A stretch of DNA of 63,198 nt, counting the filler, from Bigelowiella natans CCMP2755 (Eukaryota > Protista > Cercozoa): NCBI GenBank assembly GCA_000320545.1. It is 8 parts of 8 records of this genome, joined end to end, with 100 filler letters (N's around TTAATTAATTAA, not from the genome) between each part and the next. Parts side by side here need not be neighbours in the genome. Positions count along the whole stretch, not along the records: positions 25,735 to 38,918 come from ADNK01000518.1; positions 39,019 to 44,612 come from ADNK01002697.1; 6 more parts are not named here. One strand, written 5' to 3'. The position numbers and the translations under genes were made by a program. Shown here piece after piece: positions 26,309 through 39,893 of this stretch. The first letter of the stretch is position 1; the number at the start of each line of letters is the position of its first letter. Under the pieces are notes generated by a model. That model was given only the letters and a program-made list of their open reading frames with translations, did not search any database and was not told the DNA's origin.

Positions 26309-27913
26309 GATATTCAGATGTATATTTTCAATCATTCATTCATGGGTAAACGCATAGCAATTGATGATGATGATGGTGATGATGATGATGATGATGATGT
26401 TGTTGATGATGGTGATGAAGAGACACACGGAAGGAAAAAGGAATGGCAATTAATCACGACACAAAGCGAGAACGACTAATGATGCGACTATTCGGTGCTA
26501 AAGGAGGAGGAGGAGCATAGATTGATGAGAAACCAGTATTACCAGATCTCGCAGCGTTGGCCGGACAATTTTGGTTTTAGAGCAGCTCACGCCCTCAGCT
26601 AGGTTGAGGCAGCCCTTTTTGAGAAAGTGAAGTAGGGGGGGGGGGGGGGAAGGAGAGGCAGTGAGCAAAGTTTCACTACAACAAAGTAGCCAGTTGAGAT
26701 CGCACTTATTCATTTATTCATTGATTAATTTTTCTTCTTTGAAAGAAGGGAAAGAAGATAAAAGAAGACACATTCTTTTGGCGTTGCCTCTGTGTGTATG
26801 CGTGTGGGCTTAATCATTCCTCCTCCTTCTCCTCCTCTTTCCAACGCCACTACCTTCTCTTGCATCTCGAAGTAGTAGCACGTCTCTCCGTGAATGATGA
26901 AGTACCGCTTGCGCCAGTGTTTTTTCCTACTCGCATAGCAGCAGGAGCAAGTAGCCTCAGTAGCAGCAGTAGCAGTAGTAGCACAAGTGCCATCGTCGCA
27001 TGTCATTTATGTGTGTGTGTGTGTGTGTTGGTGCGTGCGTGTGCGCGTGTGTGTAAAGGAGACAAAAAAGCAGCAACTATTAAGTAACAAATAGGCTGTA
27101 TTCTCTTCTCATTCTTCTTCGTGCTCTTACGCGCTTTCATGCGGATTCTTCTTCCACAACCAGCCATCCACCAGCCACTACATTACAACAATTGAATGAA
27201 CAGGTAAATGAAACCACAGGCATCAAGGAGAAGGGCGAGAATAGAGAGACGTCGTTATTGTTGTTGTCGTCGTCGTCGTCGTCGTCGTCTTATAGCTTAC
27301 ATGTCTCGCTCTCGTTTCCTGCGACTTCATGCCCACTTTGGCGAAGGCCTCGAGCCAGCGCTTGAGGTCGCTATGGGAACCGGCCGCTACCTCAACGGTA
27401 CGGGTTCGGTTCGGCGTCGTGACGTAGAAAGGCCATATCCGGCACTCATCGTCCCTCAATGATTCGGTGTCGTCGCTGCAGGTGACGTCACTGGGGGCCA
27501 TTGACTGGGTAACAGATGAAGATGTCCGCATGGAATGGGGACTCCTGCTATTGTTAAACGGCGATCTGCTTGCGAGATAATGATGAGGGGGAGGAGGGAG
27601 GGAGGGGGGAGGGGGGTGAGGGCATTCCATCAAACGCTGCGACGACGAGATGATGGCACCGTGGGACGGCGCATCCTTTTTTTGCCCCTGCTTCTATTTC
27701 ACTCAGAAACGTGTGCGTTGTCGTCGTCGTCATTGCTGTTTGTTTGTTTGTTTGTGTTGCTTGTTGTAGTACTTGTTGCGGGGGAAAGTGGCCGACGTTT
27801 GCGATCCCTTGCTATCAGCACCCTAATGATTTGGCAAGAATAATACACGGAAACAACGACGAATGGTTGGAAGTAGAGTAAGAGACAACCACCACCACAC
27901 GAAATAATGATAA

Positions 27914-27952
<39 letters not shown>

Positions 27953-29312
27953 CGGATGCAAGAACATCGTTGTCGGCACAACCATGAGAGCTGCCATTGA
28001 ATCAGCTTTCGATCTTGCCCTATCCCCCCCCGAGATCGAGGAAAACGTGTTGCTGAGGGAAGGAGGGACGTGAGGGAGGGAAGCATTCGTGAGCAATCAA
28101 CAGGAAAAAGAAGATTATCATCGCACAACGGAAAGAACGAAAGGAATGCTGACTGTATTCAAAGACTATGTATGAGGGGATGAGGAGGAGGAGGAAGAAA
28201 AACAGAGTGAAAAACGCAATCATTTCACCTCGGACATCTTCTAAACCTCCATCCACAAAACAACGACATCAATAACATCAATAACAACAACAACATCGAT
28301 TAATACTGCTACTACTACTACTACTGCTCCCACTTCCGGTAGTCCTATATCACAAAATCAATTCATCCATCCGCCAATGGAAGAATTCTTCGTTTTCTTC
28401 TTTTTCTTCGTCTGCTACTACTTCTACTAGTACTAACTACTACTTAGGCGATTGCTGGGTGACTGATTCTCTCAATGTCACAGGATACAAGCCTCTCGCG
28501 GCGTTTGAGGGGGGGACTGCCGCACTGAAGGACCGCTTGGCCTCGGAATGCGTCGTGGCATAACTGTTGAAGCTGCTTGGTGTATCTAAGTTGCCGCCTC
28601 TAGAGTGGTCGCCCAAAACTGGGAGCTGCATCTCTGAGGGTGGCTTGCGCATCTTCATGGACGAAGATCGCGCCATAGCTCGGCATTGCTTTAGATCAAA
28701 TTGGCCCTGAAGAAGAGCAGAAAGGGGGGGGAGGGGGGGGGGGGTAATTAGAATTTGGGGAGAGAAATCGTACTCCTCCTCCCCCTCCTCCTCCGCCTCA
28801 ACCCCCTTCCTCTCGGCCACAATAACGACCCCCCCCTTCCCCCGTACTACTACTACTACGACGTAGACCATTAACAACACCCCCACCCCCCCAGCAAGCA
28901 GCAGCACCTTGAGCTTGGGCGTGAAGTATCGAAAAAAGTCGGGGGACAAAACCACGTACTTCGCATCCCATTGATCCTTGTCGCCCTTCCTCTTGGAGAG
29001 CCACCCTTGCCTGCCCCCTGCCTCTGTCTTCTGCGATGGCAACATGAGCGCGGAGTCGGCGACCGGGTTGTCTGATGGGGAGGCGGGCCGATTGCGCTGG
29101 GTGAGGCTAAATCTTCTCCTCGTAGTCGTCGACCGTATGCTCATTGCAGAGGCGGATGTGCTCGCTATCGTTATCTGCATGTCGGAAGAAAGGGGGGGGG
29201 GGGTGTTGGTGGAGATTTCACGGGTGCGAGTTTATATAGAATTCGACTATGACTATGTCTAAATGTGCCTTGCTTCAAAGTACGGCATTTGTTCGCACAC
29301 ACACACACACAC

Positions 29313-29359
<47 letters not shown>

Positions 29360-30535
29360 TTATGGAATAATATTATTCAGAATGTAAATGATGAATCTAC
29401 CGGCTTCATTTGCCGCACATACTTTTCGAGATCCTTCTCTTCCTGTGTTTTGGATTGTGATTGTTCATCATCAATATTCAAATGTATGATTGACCGGGCT
29501 ACAAGAGGAGGAGGAGGAGGAGGAGGCTATTTTCAACACTAAGAATATGATATCTCGTCTAAGTGCCTATCTGATTTTTTTGAGGGGGTGTGCAGCAGCA
29601 TAATAGTGGTAAAGAATCTTTTCCCCATTACCGTCACTTCGAGCGGAAGCTCGATTTCATTTGCATACTTGAAGCTGTTCGCGATTGTCTCGACGAACCC
29701 ATGAAGGCAGCTCCCCAGTTGGAATCTACATTGCATTCATCGTTTAAATTATGTGTGTATGTGTGTCTTCGATTTACATGTGCATCGTGTGTATTCTCAT
29801 GAGGTTCGAAAATCACTAAATCCACACCTCACCAACGTTTATACATGTGTGCATATGTGTTATTTGTGTAGAATATGTGCCATATACGTGCATGCATTGT
29901 TTCCCTTTGTTTTAAATTAGCATTACTATTATTACTGTGTCATATGTGATTAGAATACACACGCACACGCACACACGCACACACGCACATGCACACGCAT
30001 TCACACTACCGATAGCCTTCTTTCTGCGACATGAGTTGCACTACGCATTCATTGGACTCTTTGCTAACGACCAGGCCTGCTATTCCGTACAACTCCAGCC
30101 TCCATCTATGCACTTTAAAGTTGTCGCTCGGCCGAAAGTTATACAGAGCCTTCTCTGAGATGACCAGTATCCTATCCGCTTTCATTGTGGTGAACATTTT
30201 CTTTTTCAGCTTGATGCACCGGCATGAAAACTGGAGCTTTTCACCTTGCCCTATATGAGATTCAAAAATGAGTGGATGAGAGAAGGGGTCGTAACGGTGA
30301 AACGACGAAAGAACGACTTCCAGATCCATCTTAAGTAAAGAACGCAGAAGGTCGAAGCTCTTATCTCTCATCCTGTCGTTTTTTTGCTCTGCTTCATTTC
30401 CAAAAAAAAAAAAAGGCTACATTTACTTTTGAGTATTTTCTCAAGATTCTCGTCGCCAGAGATGTTCGCATAGTCGTGTTTACAATCTCCCAGCTTCTCA
30501 AATAGGGCGCTGACGCTTTCGTCGCTACTCGCCAT
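25830..30535 (-). CDS. Myosin-TH1-like domain plus at least two PH domains, 3' partial
   Basis: MASSDESVSALFEKLGDCKHDYAN..; EKLQFSCRCIKLKKKMFTTMKADRILVISEKALYNF..LYGIAGLVVSKESNECVVQ (TH1-like); QGWLSKRKGDKDQWDAKYVVL..KGQFDL..SDLKRWLEAF (PH); KHWRKRYFII..KGCLNL..DMDDWIMSVN (PH). Confidence 0.8.
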
Positions 30536-30804
30536 TTCCTTCTACTCCCTCGCGGGAGAGGTTGTCAAAATATCGACCCGTTTCAACGGTTGGATCAATT
30601 CTCCCCCGAGAATTTACTCAGAGTTTAGCAAGCGGTATCGTATGTCCCATTGGTTTGACAGCCTATTGTTATAAGCAGATATGATCAGTCATACTGTAAA
30701 CGGTGCGGAACAGGGGATGAAAGGTTAAGTAGGAGACTGCAAATATTCCTCTCCAACAATCAGCACTGACCCTATTTAATAACGGACCCAGAAATGAGCA
30801 CTAG

Positions 30805-31482
30805 ATGGCCGCAAAAGCAGCCAAAACAGCAAAAAGCGAAAACTGTAAGCCATCAGCGGCGAACTTTTTTTCATGCTATCATTAGATTTCCACACGCCAA
30901 TCCCACTGTGACCCATTCATCATGATTTTCTCAATCCAAGAAATAGACAAGGATTTCTCTAAGAGTTATCTTAATCAGAATTCTATTCCCCCTAGGTCCT
31001 CTATGTCCAAGCAGGATACCAATGTGCACGGGGAACCTCCTCAGAGGTAGGGGCAAACAAGAAAATTGATTCCTTTTCAGATTTAACATATCTGTCCTCA
31101 TGCATGTGCTCACGTCAAATCGAACATCATATTAAAGTGCATCAGCAATTTTTGTTGTCGTCTATATTCAAATTCGCAGATTTTTGAGAATGACTTTTCT
31201 TATTCGGTAGGAAAGTGTGCTGAAATCGGACTAGTTCGAATCTGGTAAAAGTTGCATGTAGAATTCAGGCGGAAGATTGAATAATTCTTATATTTATGTT
31301 GCCGACATACCATCAGTAACAAAATTGGAGGGAAAATACGGCATTTATGATCTGGTAATGGAGAATGTCTGGGTCTTATATGGAGTGATCTCAATTTTTA
31401 CCCCAGAGACTCAAAATGGTGCAGTCGCACCAAGTATATTCCATAGGATCCTCTTCGCAGAGTTCGAATACCGGGAATGTAG
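30805..31482 (+). CDS. Small hypothetical multi-exon protein
   Basis: MAAKAAKTAKSEN, SSMSKQDTNVHGEPPQR, GRLNNSYIYVADIPSVTKLEGKYGIYDL, DPLRRVRIPGM-stop, in AG/GT-bounded pieces. Confidence 0.35.
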
Positions 31483-31712
31483 TATATGATTTGACACATT
31501 GTTACTGGACCTAGATCTAGATCTAGGGTTCATTTTGTAGATCTACTCGAACGCGCATCCACGATGTAAGGAAGTTCGAAGATTGATGTTCCAAGCATAC
31601 ATTTTGGTCTTGCGACACCAGTCGCAGATCCTTGCTCATGTTGTTGTAGGATTGTTGTGAAGGTGAAGACGTGACACGTGAGCGGAAGCACCTTCGGAAC
31701 CATTCAGAGTAG

Positions 31713-33152
31713 ATGATGGCCACGGGCTGGGTACGTCTCCGAGATTTGGGCTACTATGGGGTCGCGGGAGTGATATGTGGGGGCATTGCGATTGGCATTC
31801 ATTTCTATCGCTCGCGCAAAGATGCTCTTCCCAGAGCCAAGGAGGCATATCGTTCAGACGAAAAGGTAGCGATCGTAGTAGTTGTAGTAGTGCCTATTCG
31901 AACACATTCTTATTTCCCACCAGGTTCACGTGGTGAAAAAAAAAAATGTTACCTTATTCCTGCCGAAAGGAGAAGGTACCCAATTTTATCATGACTTTTG
32001 GAACAAATTGTCTTGATGCCGAGGGCTTCTATTTTCAAATGTGGTAGAGCCCAAGAAAGTAGCTCTCATCTTCCTCCCGGGAGCGCTGACAGAGTCCACT
32101 TCATACGCTCCAGCCCTAAGACGGATAGCACAGGCAGGTCACCCTGTCGCTCTTGTAGAGATGCCATTCCGAATGGCCCTGTTTGGACAGAGCCGGTGAT
32201 ACTATCTGAACAATATGATTAACATGAAAGTCTGCCCGACCCCATTAATCAGCAAAGGCCGAGGAGACTAAATTAACTCTCTTGTTTCCCTTTCTCAGAC
32301 GTATTGTTTTTTCGTTTTAGCGGGAAGAAAGTGTCCGCTAGAGTCATAATTACATTCTCACCACAACGCAATTTGAAATTCAGTGTAATGGAGGCCATTG
32401 ATATTCTGAACGATGAGGAGAAGATTGGGGCTGGGTTTGTGCTTGGGGGCCATAGTCTGGGCGGAGCGGTGGCCTCAAATATAGTAGAGAGCCAAAAACA
32501 AATAAGGGGTTTAAAAGGGATTGTATTCTGGGCGAGTTATGCGTACAAGAAAAACTGGCGTAATCGGGGGGACTTAAAGGTTTTGTCCCTCCTTGGAACA
32601 AATGACGGCGTAATCAATTCAAAATCGGTCAGTAAAATTTGAGAGTCCTTTTCCCCACTCTTGGAAATTTGATAAAACACTTACATTTATTCTGTCACAT
32701 GCTGCCACATCATCCACAAACAGCTCGAGGAGTCTCTGGAATGTATGCCTCTGGGAACAACGACGGTCGTCCACATTAAGGGTGGAAATCACACTCAATT
32801 TGGATGTAGCCATCGTGTGGACGGGCCCTTCTCAATGAAGGACAAGGTCTTTATAGTAATTATGTTTACGTTTACTTGTACTAGATCTATAAACGAACTC
32901 CTCAAGTTAATCCATCTTTCCAGCATTTTCATTTTCATCTACTGAACAGCGTGCGAAGTGTTAACAAGAAGTGCTAGTAAGCAACATAGTAGCAGCAGTT
33001 GAATTGAAATGTGGCCTAGATTTCTATTAAGGGGTTGAATTTGTGAAACATTCCTGCAGGATCCACAAATTTCCTTGGAGGAACAAGAGGACCGTGTTGT
33101 GCAAGAAACAGTATCATTTTTGAGGGATATTGACACTGCGCCTGACATGTAG
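31713..33152 (+). CDS. Alpha/beta hydrolase (Abhydrolase_5-like) with N-terminal anchor
   Basis: TM segment GVAGVICGGIAIGIHF; LIFLPGAL..YAP; VLGGHSLGGAVA (nucleophile Ser); LGTNDGVI (Asp); IKGGNHTQFG (His); last exon ISLEEQEDRVVQETVSFL, TAG 33150-33152. Confidence 0.9.
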
Positions 33153-33999
33153 ACTAACAACGCATTCGCATCTTTTTGGCGCCCATGCTAGCATGCACAT
33201 GCACACGCCAGCATGCTGATCAAATCATGAGCGATTCTTGTCATTGCAATGGACAAGGTGCACACTGCATGTGTCTTGAATCATTCTCTGAACAAAGCAT
33301 GTGTGGTGCGTCTGCCGCAGACAATGGTTGGCGAGAGCTTCCGCCACTAGTCCAGCCTGGACGTTCCTCGCACATCTGTTGCTGTGGACGTCGTCCTGAT
33401 GCAAGTTGCATGCGTTGTTGCGGTGGCTGACACAGCTAGACAGGAGGGGGAAAAGGAGGTTTGTTTCCCTCCTTCGGCCACTGTGAGATTTTCCCACAGA
33501 AAGCAAGAAAGAAAGAAGTGGAGCGGTTGAAAGAATCACGGGACACACTGACTCATCCGAGTCCCCCCGACCAACTGGATCACCTGGAAAAATTGATGGT
33601 TTGTTTCACACCCGCAGGCCTGTTACAGGCCACAGCACTCATGAATGATGAATGAGTGAACAAAGTGTTTTCAATGCTTGTTCGAAAGACTCACAGGACA
33701 TTGAAGGAACGAATGAATTGTTTCAATGGAGGCTGAAAGCACGAAATGCAGTGCCTCGAGCAAGAAAATTGGACGGATGAATGATGAATGAGTGAAGCAG
33801 TCTAGCAGGGCGAAGCCAAGACGTCATGGCATCCAATGGATTCAATTTGCAGCATTAGCCGCAGAGATCACCTTGACTCATCCTATGCGACAATTTTCAT
33901 TTCATGACGTTGCTGAAATGCGAAGAATTCTTCTCGATCATTCCATGTCGCACAGGAAAAAACGGGGCCAAAACCGATTTCACGTTGGTGACGCACAGG
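33153..33999. other. TpA-depleted intergenic tract
   Basis: 8 TA in about 850 nt by manual count: 4 CTAG, CTAA, CTAT, TTAG, TTAC. Confidence 0.85.
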
Positions 34000-34145
34000 T
34001 ACCAGAAACGGGCGTAGTTTCATCTACGCCCCCCTCCCCCTCCGGAACATAGGACGACACTGTTGTTTCGTAGGGGCGCCGACTTCCGAATCGAACTCTT
34101 TAAAGACATTTTAGCGAAGCAGTGGGGCGGCCTTCAGAAAGCACA

Positions 34146-35287
34146 ATGGAAGAGGGCAGCCCTGAGGTCAAAAAGAAGAAGTACACTAGGTCGAAAAGGT
34201 GGGTGAATCAGCATGATAAGACTTTTCGTATTTCCTTTGAGATCTTCGCATACTCGGATCCCATCTCTAACTATCTGTGCGCGTGCACAGCCAAAAGCGC
34301 TTGGACAAGGCTTTTCAGTTCGATGCAAAGATGGATGTGACAGATGTGCGGACACAAGCTAAGGTCGTCATGTTTGTTGAACTTTCATATTTCTATGGTA
34401 GTCTATTAGCAGACTGAAGCCTTGTCTATTTTATTCAACCTGTCTATTGTCCTCTTTTCGATATTCAGTGGGCCAATATGATCTTTGGCTTTTTCTCTGG
34501 GGTGAAGAAGCTGAAGCAGAAAAAGTTTATGAAGGTAGTATATATTTATACACACGCACACACACACACACACACACACAGATACACACACACTCCCTCA
34601 CATTTGACACTCACACTAAACGAATATATATATGGAATTATATATGTTATCTGCGTATTAAGGAATTAAGGAATTTGTGTCAATGTTAAATTCAGATGTT
34701 CAATCGAATGATGCTTCCAGAAATCGAGCAATTTCCGGACAACCCGTTTTTTCGGAAGTATATTCCTAATCAGCTACATTTCATTCGCATACAAACACAC
34801 ACCTCGAATTCACTAGTGCTTTGCTCTCGCTCACTTGCATCTACGTGCGAAACTAAGACGTCTCTTTACTGCTGTGGTTGACGCTACATCTAACTTTCTA
34901 AAATACTATGACTTTTGCCTGTTGATGATGGTGTTTGTGTCACAGGGCATACTGTATTTTAGTGCTCGGAAGCAGCCATAACAAGCCTAAAAGGGTAAAC
35001 GTGTCAATAGAAGCAAATAATGATGCAAGACACACGAAAAAACACACACACACACATGTACACATACACACATTCATCATTTGCTCATTCATGTGTGTGT
35101 GTGTGTGTGTGTGTGTGCTATTTTGTGTTTACGATTGCTAGGACAAGTTGGAAACAAATATCACATCAATTCTAAAATGGGTTAAGGATCCCAAGGTGTG
35201 CACGGGATGGGGATGGATGAGAGAATGAGGACGATAGGAAATCAGGACAACAAAGATTATTTACATGGACAAACATATTGGGAAGAA

Positions 35288-35339
<52 letters not shown>

Positions 35340-35690
35340 TATTATATAAACCTATTCAAAGAGAAAGAGAGAAAAAGGGGGAGAAGGAGCAAGATGCATA
35401 CGAACAGAGTGTACTACAGTTACCTTCTCAACCCTTTCATACCGTATCGATAGATACCAGTTCTGGAGTACACTGAGTACGAGGAGCTCATCGAAGTTCT
35501 TACGCAGAGAGCTTATGAGCGACTCAAATCTGTAATACTGACCAGTCAGCATACCAACACACACGCGCGCGCGCGCGCGAGTCGCGAGTAAACCCATATT
35601 TACTGTATCATACGAGGAAGCCATATCATTCTCTTTCAATATCATTCTAAATGATCAAATCTCTCGCTCTCTTTTCATTACACAAACACA

Positions 35691-35725
<35 letters not shown>

Positions 35726-36736
35726 CTCCGCGCTTGTGCGGTAATCATACGCGTTACGTACATTATGCATACTTAATCTCAGCTCAGCTCGCCAGCAAAC
35801 CAACCGCGCTGATACTATTTTCCCTCCTCCTCCTCCTCCTCCTCCTCCTCCTCCTCCTCTCCATCGCTTTTTAGAAACATGGCAAGGTCACAGCAACAGA
35901 CCTAGCGTATCTGGTGATGCTGCTGGAGTGCGGGCAGTACCATGGAGGAAACTACACCTACCACAAAAGCAAGTCCGTTTAGTTCATTCACAAACAACAC
36001 GATAGTAGTAGTAGTCGTGGATAGAGAAGAAAAAGAAGGACACACAACGCCGTAGAAGCTAGATTTTGATGATGCCCTTTACTCTTGCTGCCTTTTCTCG
36101 TCACTCGTTGATTTTGGAACGATGGCTTGGTTGTAGGATGGACTTCGCGCAGTACATCACGGAGCAACAATTCTTCGACTACCTGTAATAAATATACTAT
36201 CGTCAGAACACTGCTGATGATCGACGACTCTTCTGCATCAGCAGCAGCATATCGAAAACCAGAGAGGATGGGGTGGGAGAGGGGGGGAAGCGCCAACTGT
36301 GCAAAATAAAATAAATATCGCTAGAGGACGAGGGGGGGGGGGAGAAGTGAGCTGGGATAAAAACAAATAATGCTCAGGTACTACACGCTGTATATTCGGA
36401 TCTCTTTGCCCGGTGCCAACGGGAGGTAACGGAATGGGAGAATATGCTTGTGTGTTACAGCATCTGCCATACGTGTATGTTTGAATTTATGATGTATTGT
36501 GTCCCGCTGCGTGGTTGATTCCTGTATGTCCTCTGCATTACTAACGTTGTTTTTCATCATCACATCAATTTCGCCAGATATGAGATCCTCAAGTTCATGC
36601 GCTTCTTAGCCGACGTACTGCTACTATCTATCACCCTCTTCCAATATTGCCATTTAGATACATTTATGACAACAACTACACCTTCCTCTCTGTTTTAATA
36701 TATTTATAAGTGTTCAGTGTGTATTCATTAAAATTG

Positions 36737-36777
<41 letters not shown>

Positions 36778-36921
36778 GAATCCCTACCCTATCATACACA
36801 CACATACAGCACACATGATTTATGTCTCACTTTAGGTATCTGTGAGCGTCGATATATTTGAGAAATATGGCATCCATGAGGCTCGCGAATCAGAACTTGT
36901 TAAGATTAAGTGCGTCGAAAT

Positions 36922-36962
<41 letters not shown>

Positions 36963-37133
36963 CTCTTGGTCACTGTTTGTGTGTGTGTGTGGGTGTGTCT
37001 GTGTGTGTGTCTGTGTGTGTGCTTGTTTGTAATGTGAGCATATGGGTGTTCGTATTCCTTGCCCTCATGCAGGACAAAGATGCAGGGCGATCCAAAATAC
37101 GCAGTATTAAAGGCACAGGTCCTTACACACACA

Positions 37134-37165
<32 letters not shown>

Positions 37166-38137
37166 ATGTGTGTATGTGCGTGCGTGCGTGGGTGTAATAA
37201 TCCACACTACTACCTCCTATACATAGAATGATAATAATCTGTTTTCTCACCTTCCTCCTCCATAGAGTCTCTGGCGAAAGTCAATCGTGCGACTGAAGAG
37301 GCGTCGAACGAATGCAGCGGTATCTCCTTCATATTCTTACTGAAAGTTGGATGCATGTGCCATTGTCTATGCACCTACCCATGCACTACAATAACCTTCT
37401 TACATGCTGAATTTCCACCTGTGCCGTGCCCCTTTTTTGCTGATCAACCAAATTTTAGACCAAGATTCAGGCGATGTTCCGGGGATTTCGACAACGGTAA
37501 AATACATTAATCTACATATACGTGTGTGTGTGTGTGTGTACGCAAAGTCGATGAATGCGCCATCACAATAATCATGATTATCAGCAAAACATCTTCACAA
37601 TCATAATACTAGCGCGTGATGATTTACCCTCCATTCGCTCCTCGTCGAGTAGGCGTCAGTTTGCAACCAACTTTGCAGAGCTGCAATCCAAGATTCTCAA
37701 GAGGAAAAAATCTGAATGTAGGGGAACGAATGACCGACGAGCACAACGAAAACAACACTATGCGATGAGAACAACGACATCAACAACAACAAGAAGAAGA
37801 AGAAGAAAGAGATGCTTGATTTTCAAACCCACTTATGCATTGGCCTGGCCTCTCACTTCCAGGCAAAGCTTGATGTGCGACATGAGGACCTTTTCTCTAC
37901 CTGCACACAGAGCCATTTTGATCTCCAAAGATTGTCCATGCACGCCTCTGCCCCGCTCTCGGGGAAATAATCCCTGCCAAATTATTGACGATTATTTATC
38001 ACTTATGCTCTAATCAGATAAAAGATGGACGGGCTTTGCCCTCGCGAAACTCGCCAACATAAGCTTGGAGGTACGTGCAGCAATAGAGCAGCTATGCGAT
38101 TTGAAAGTTTCACTCTATTCAAGCACGATGTTGCTCC

Positions 38138-38172
<35 letters not shown>

Positions 38173-38574
38173 CACGCACACACACACATGCACGCACGCA
38201 ATAATGAATGAAAACGGCTGTTACCGCCGTTGATCATCACAACGACTTACTACCTACCCCCCCCCCCCCCTCCTTCAGGCAAGGCTGAAGCGGATTCGAG
38301 AGGATATTAAAATGTGGCACGAAACGCGCAGCAAGCGCACTCGAAAAACGCAGAAGGTAATGAGGGGAAGACAGAGGGAGGAGGGGGGGGAGGGGAGATA
38401 CGTGGATAATGATACCTAAGATGTTAGCCTTTCGCCTATTTAACGTTAATATATGCTGACGGTATTAATTGCTGTGTTTTCCCATGTAAAAAGGGACGGT
38501 GGAATCCATTCCCTCACTGGCATTTAAAACAGACGTTTAGGGTTTTTTCGAATCGAGATGACACCAGCTATCAG
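34146..38574 (+). CDS. IQ-motif-containing multi-exon protein
   Basis: MEEGSPEVKKKKYTR start; many AG/GT exons; TKIQAMFRGFRQR (37459-37496) is a canonical IQ motif. 3' end uncertain. Confidence 0.65.
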
Positions 38575-38823
38575 GTAGCAGCGCCTATTCAACCTCGCCC
38601 ACCAACATAGTTTCACCGCAACTTGGAAGGTTGCCAACTTCGCTGTTGTGCTTGTTTCGTGTAGTCTGGTTGCTTACACTGATCCCGTTGTTCGCGTGCC
38701 CCCCACCCCAATCTCATTCTAAACAGAATTTTAAGAAATACCTCCTCACTTCGCCGATATCACACAAGGTGGGGTCGTTCGTGGGGGGGTGGGGGAAGGT
38801 GCACGTGTGGTTTAATGAAGCTT

Positions 38824-38916
<93 letters not shown>

Positions 38917-38918
38917 AG

Positions 38919-39018
38919 NNNNNNNNNNNNNNNNNNNNNNNNNNNNNNNNNNNNNNNNNNNNTTAATTAATTAANNNNNNNNNNNNNNNNNNNNNNNNNN
39001 NNNNNNNNNNNNNNNNNN
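38919..39018. other. Artificial contig spacer
   Basis: N44-TTAATTAATTAA-N44. Confidence 0.97.
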
Positions 39019-39075
39019 ACTTGTCCCCGTCCCCCCCCACCCCCCCCCCTCCCCCCTATAAAAAATCTGTCGCAC

Positions 39076-39893
39076 CTGGTCGAGCCCTAGACGTATTGTT
39101 TCTTTGAGATACTTGGCGTCGCCTTGGATGTCGGATAATCCCATGAGAGAGATCTCTGAGTCTGATCGAGAGAATCATGAGAACGGACAAGGATGTAATT
39201 AATGTTACCATATAGGGTAATGAGATGCAGCGTTGCTCTGAAGGTGGTGTTGTAATTAGGAAAAAGAAGTTCTGGAATGTCGGACTATCTATGCTTCGAA
39301 CAGCATAACGAAAGTCGCCGGCGACTCTTGCACATTGCTTCCAAATCTCTGGCGTTTTGGTAATGTACAGGAGCGTGTAATCGATATACCGTCTTTGTAG
39401 TTTTTGCATGGAGTCCGCCGTTTGCTCATTCGTCCAGCGAGAACGTGTCCAACCGGGCTACGTCGACTCCTGGCGACGAGTAGAGTTAGCAGCAGCACCG
39501 AATCGACGATGATGCTTTCAACTTGAGGACAAAGGTCATTTTGAGTGGTTAACTACCCGAGCGTGTGAGTGGGCGTCGATGCGTACTTTGATACTGCCGC
39601 CAAGCCAGATCCAACCTAGGATTCATGAAGCAAATGTTTCTGCCCATAATTTAGACGTGTGTCCTCTTATAGTTCGCTCGATCATCCTTTATTTTATGAA
39701 TTCTCTTCGGGCGGATGAAAATTACCTGCACTTGTCTTTGGGCTAGCATGATGCCCACACAGATGAAGATGGTGACAGATCCAATGGCGAACACCCCCGT
39801 AGTAGGCGAGGGCCTTCTCAAACCTAGGTAAGTAGGGTATGTGCAGTGAGAAGAATGTGAACGCCATCTATTCGCCGCCCCAGAGGTTGACAT
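39076..39893 (-). CDS. Hypothetical protein with possible bipartite (signal + transit) leader, 3' partial
   Basis: MSTSGAANRW..GVFAIGSVTIFICVGIMLAQRQVQ|VGSGLAAVSKYASTPTHTLG|SRRSPVGHVLAGRMSKRRTPCKNYKD, then ELLFPNYNTTFRATLHL and EISLMGLSDIQGDAKYLKETIRLGLDQ. Confidence 0.5.
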
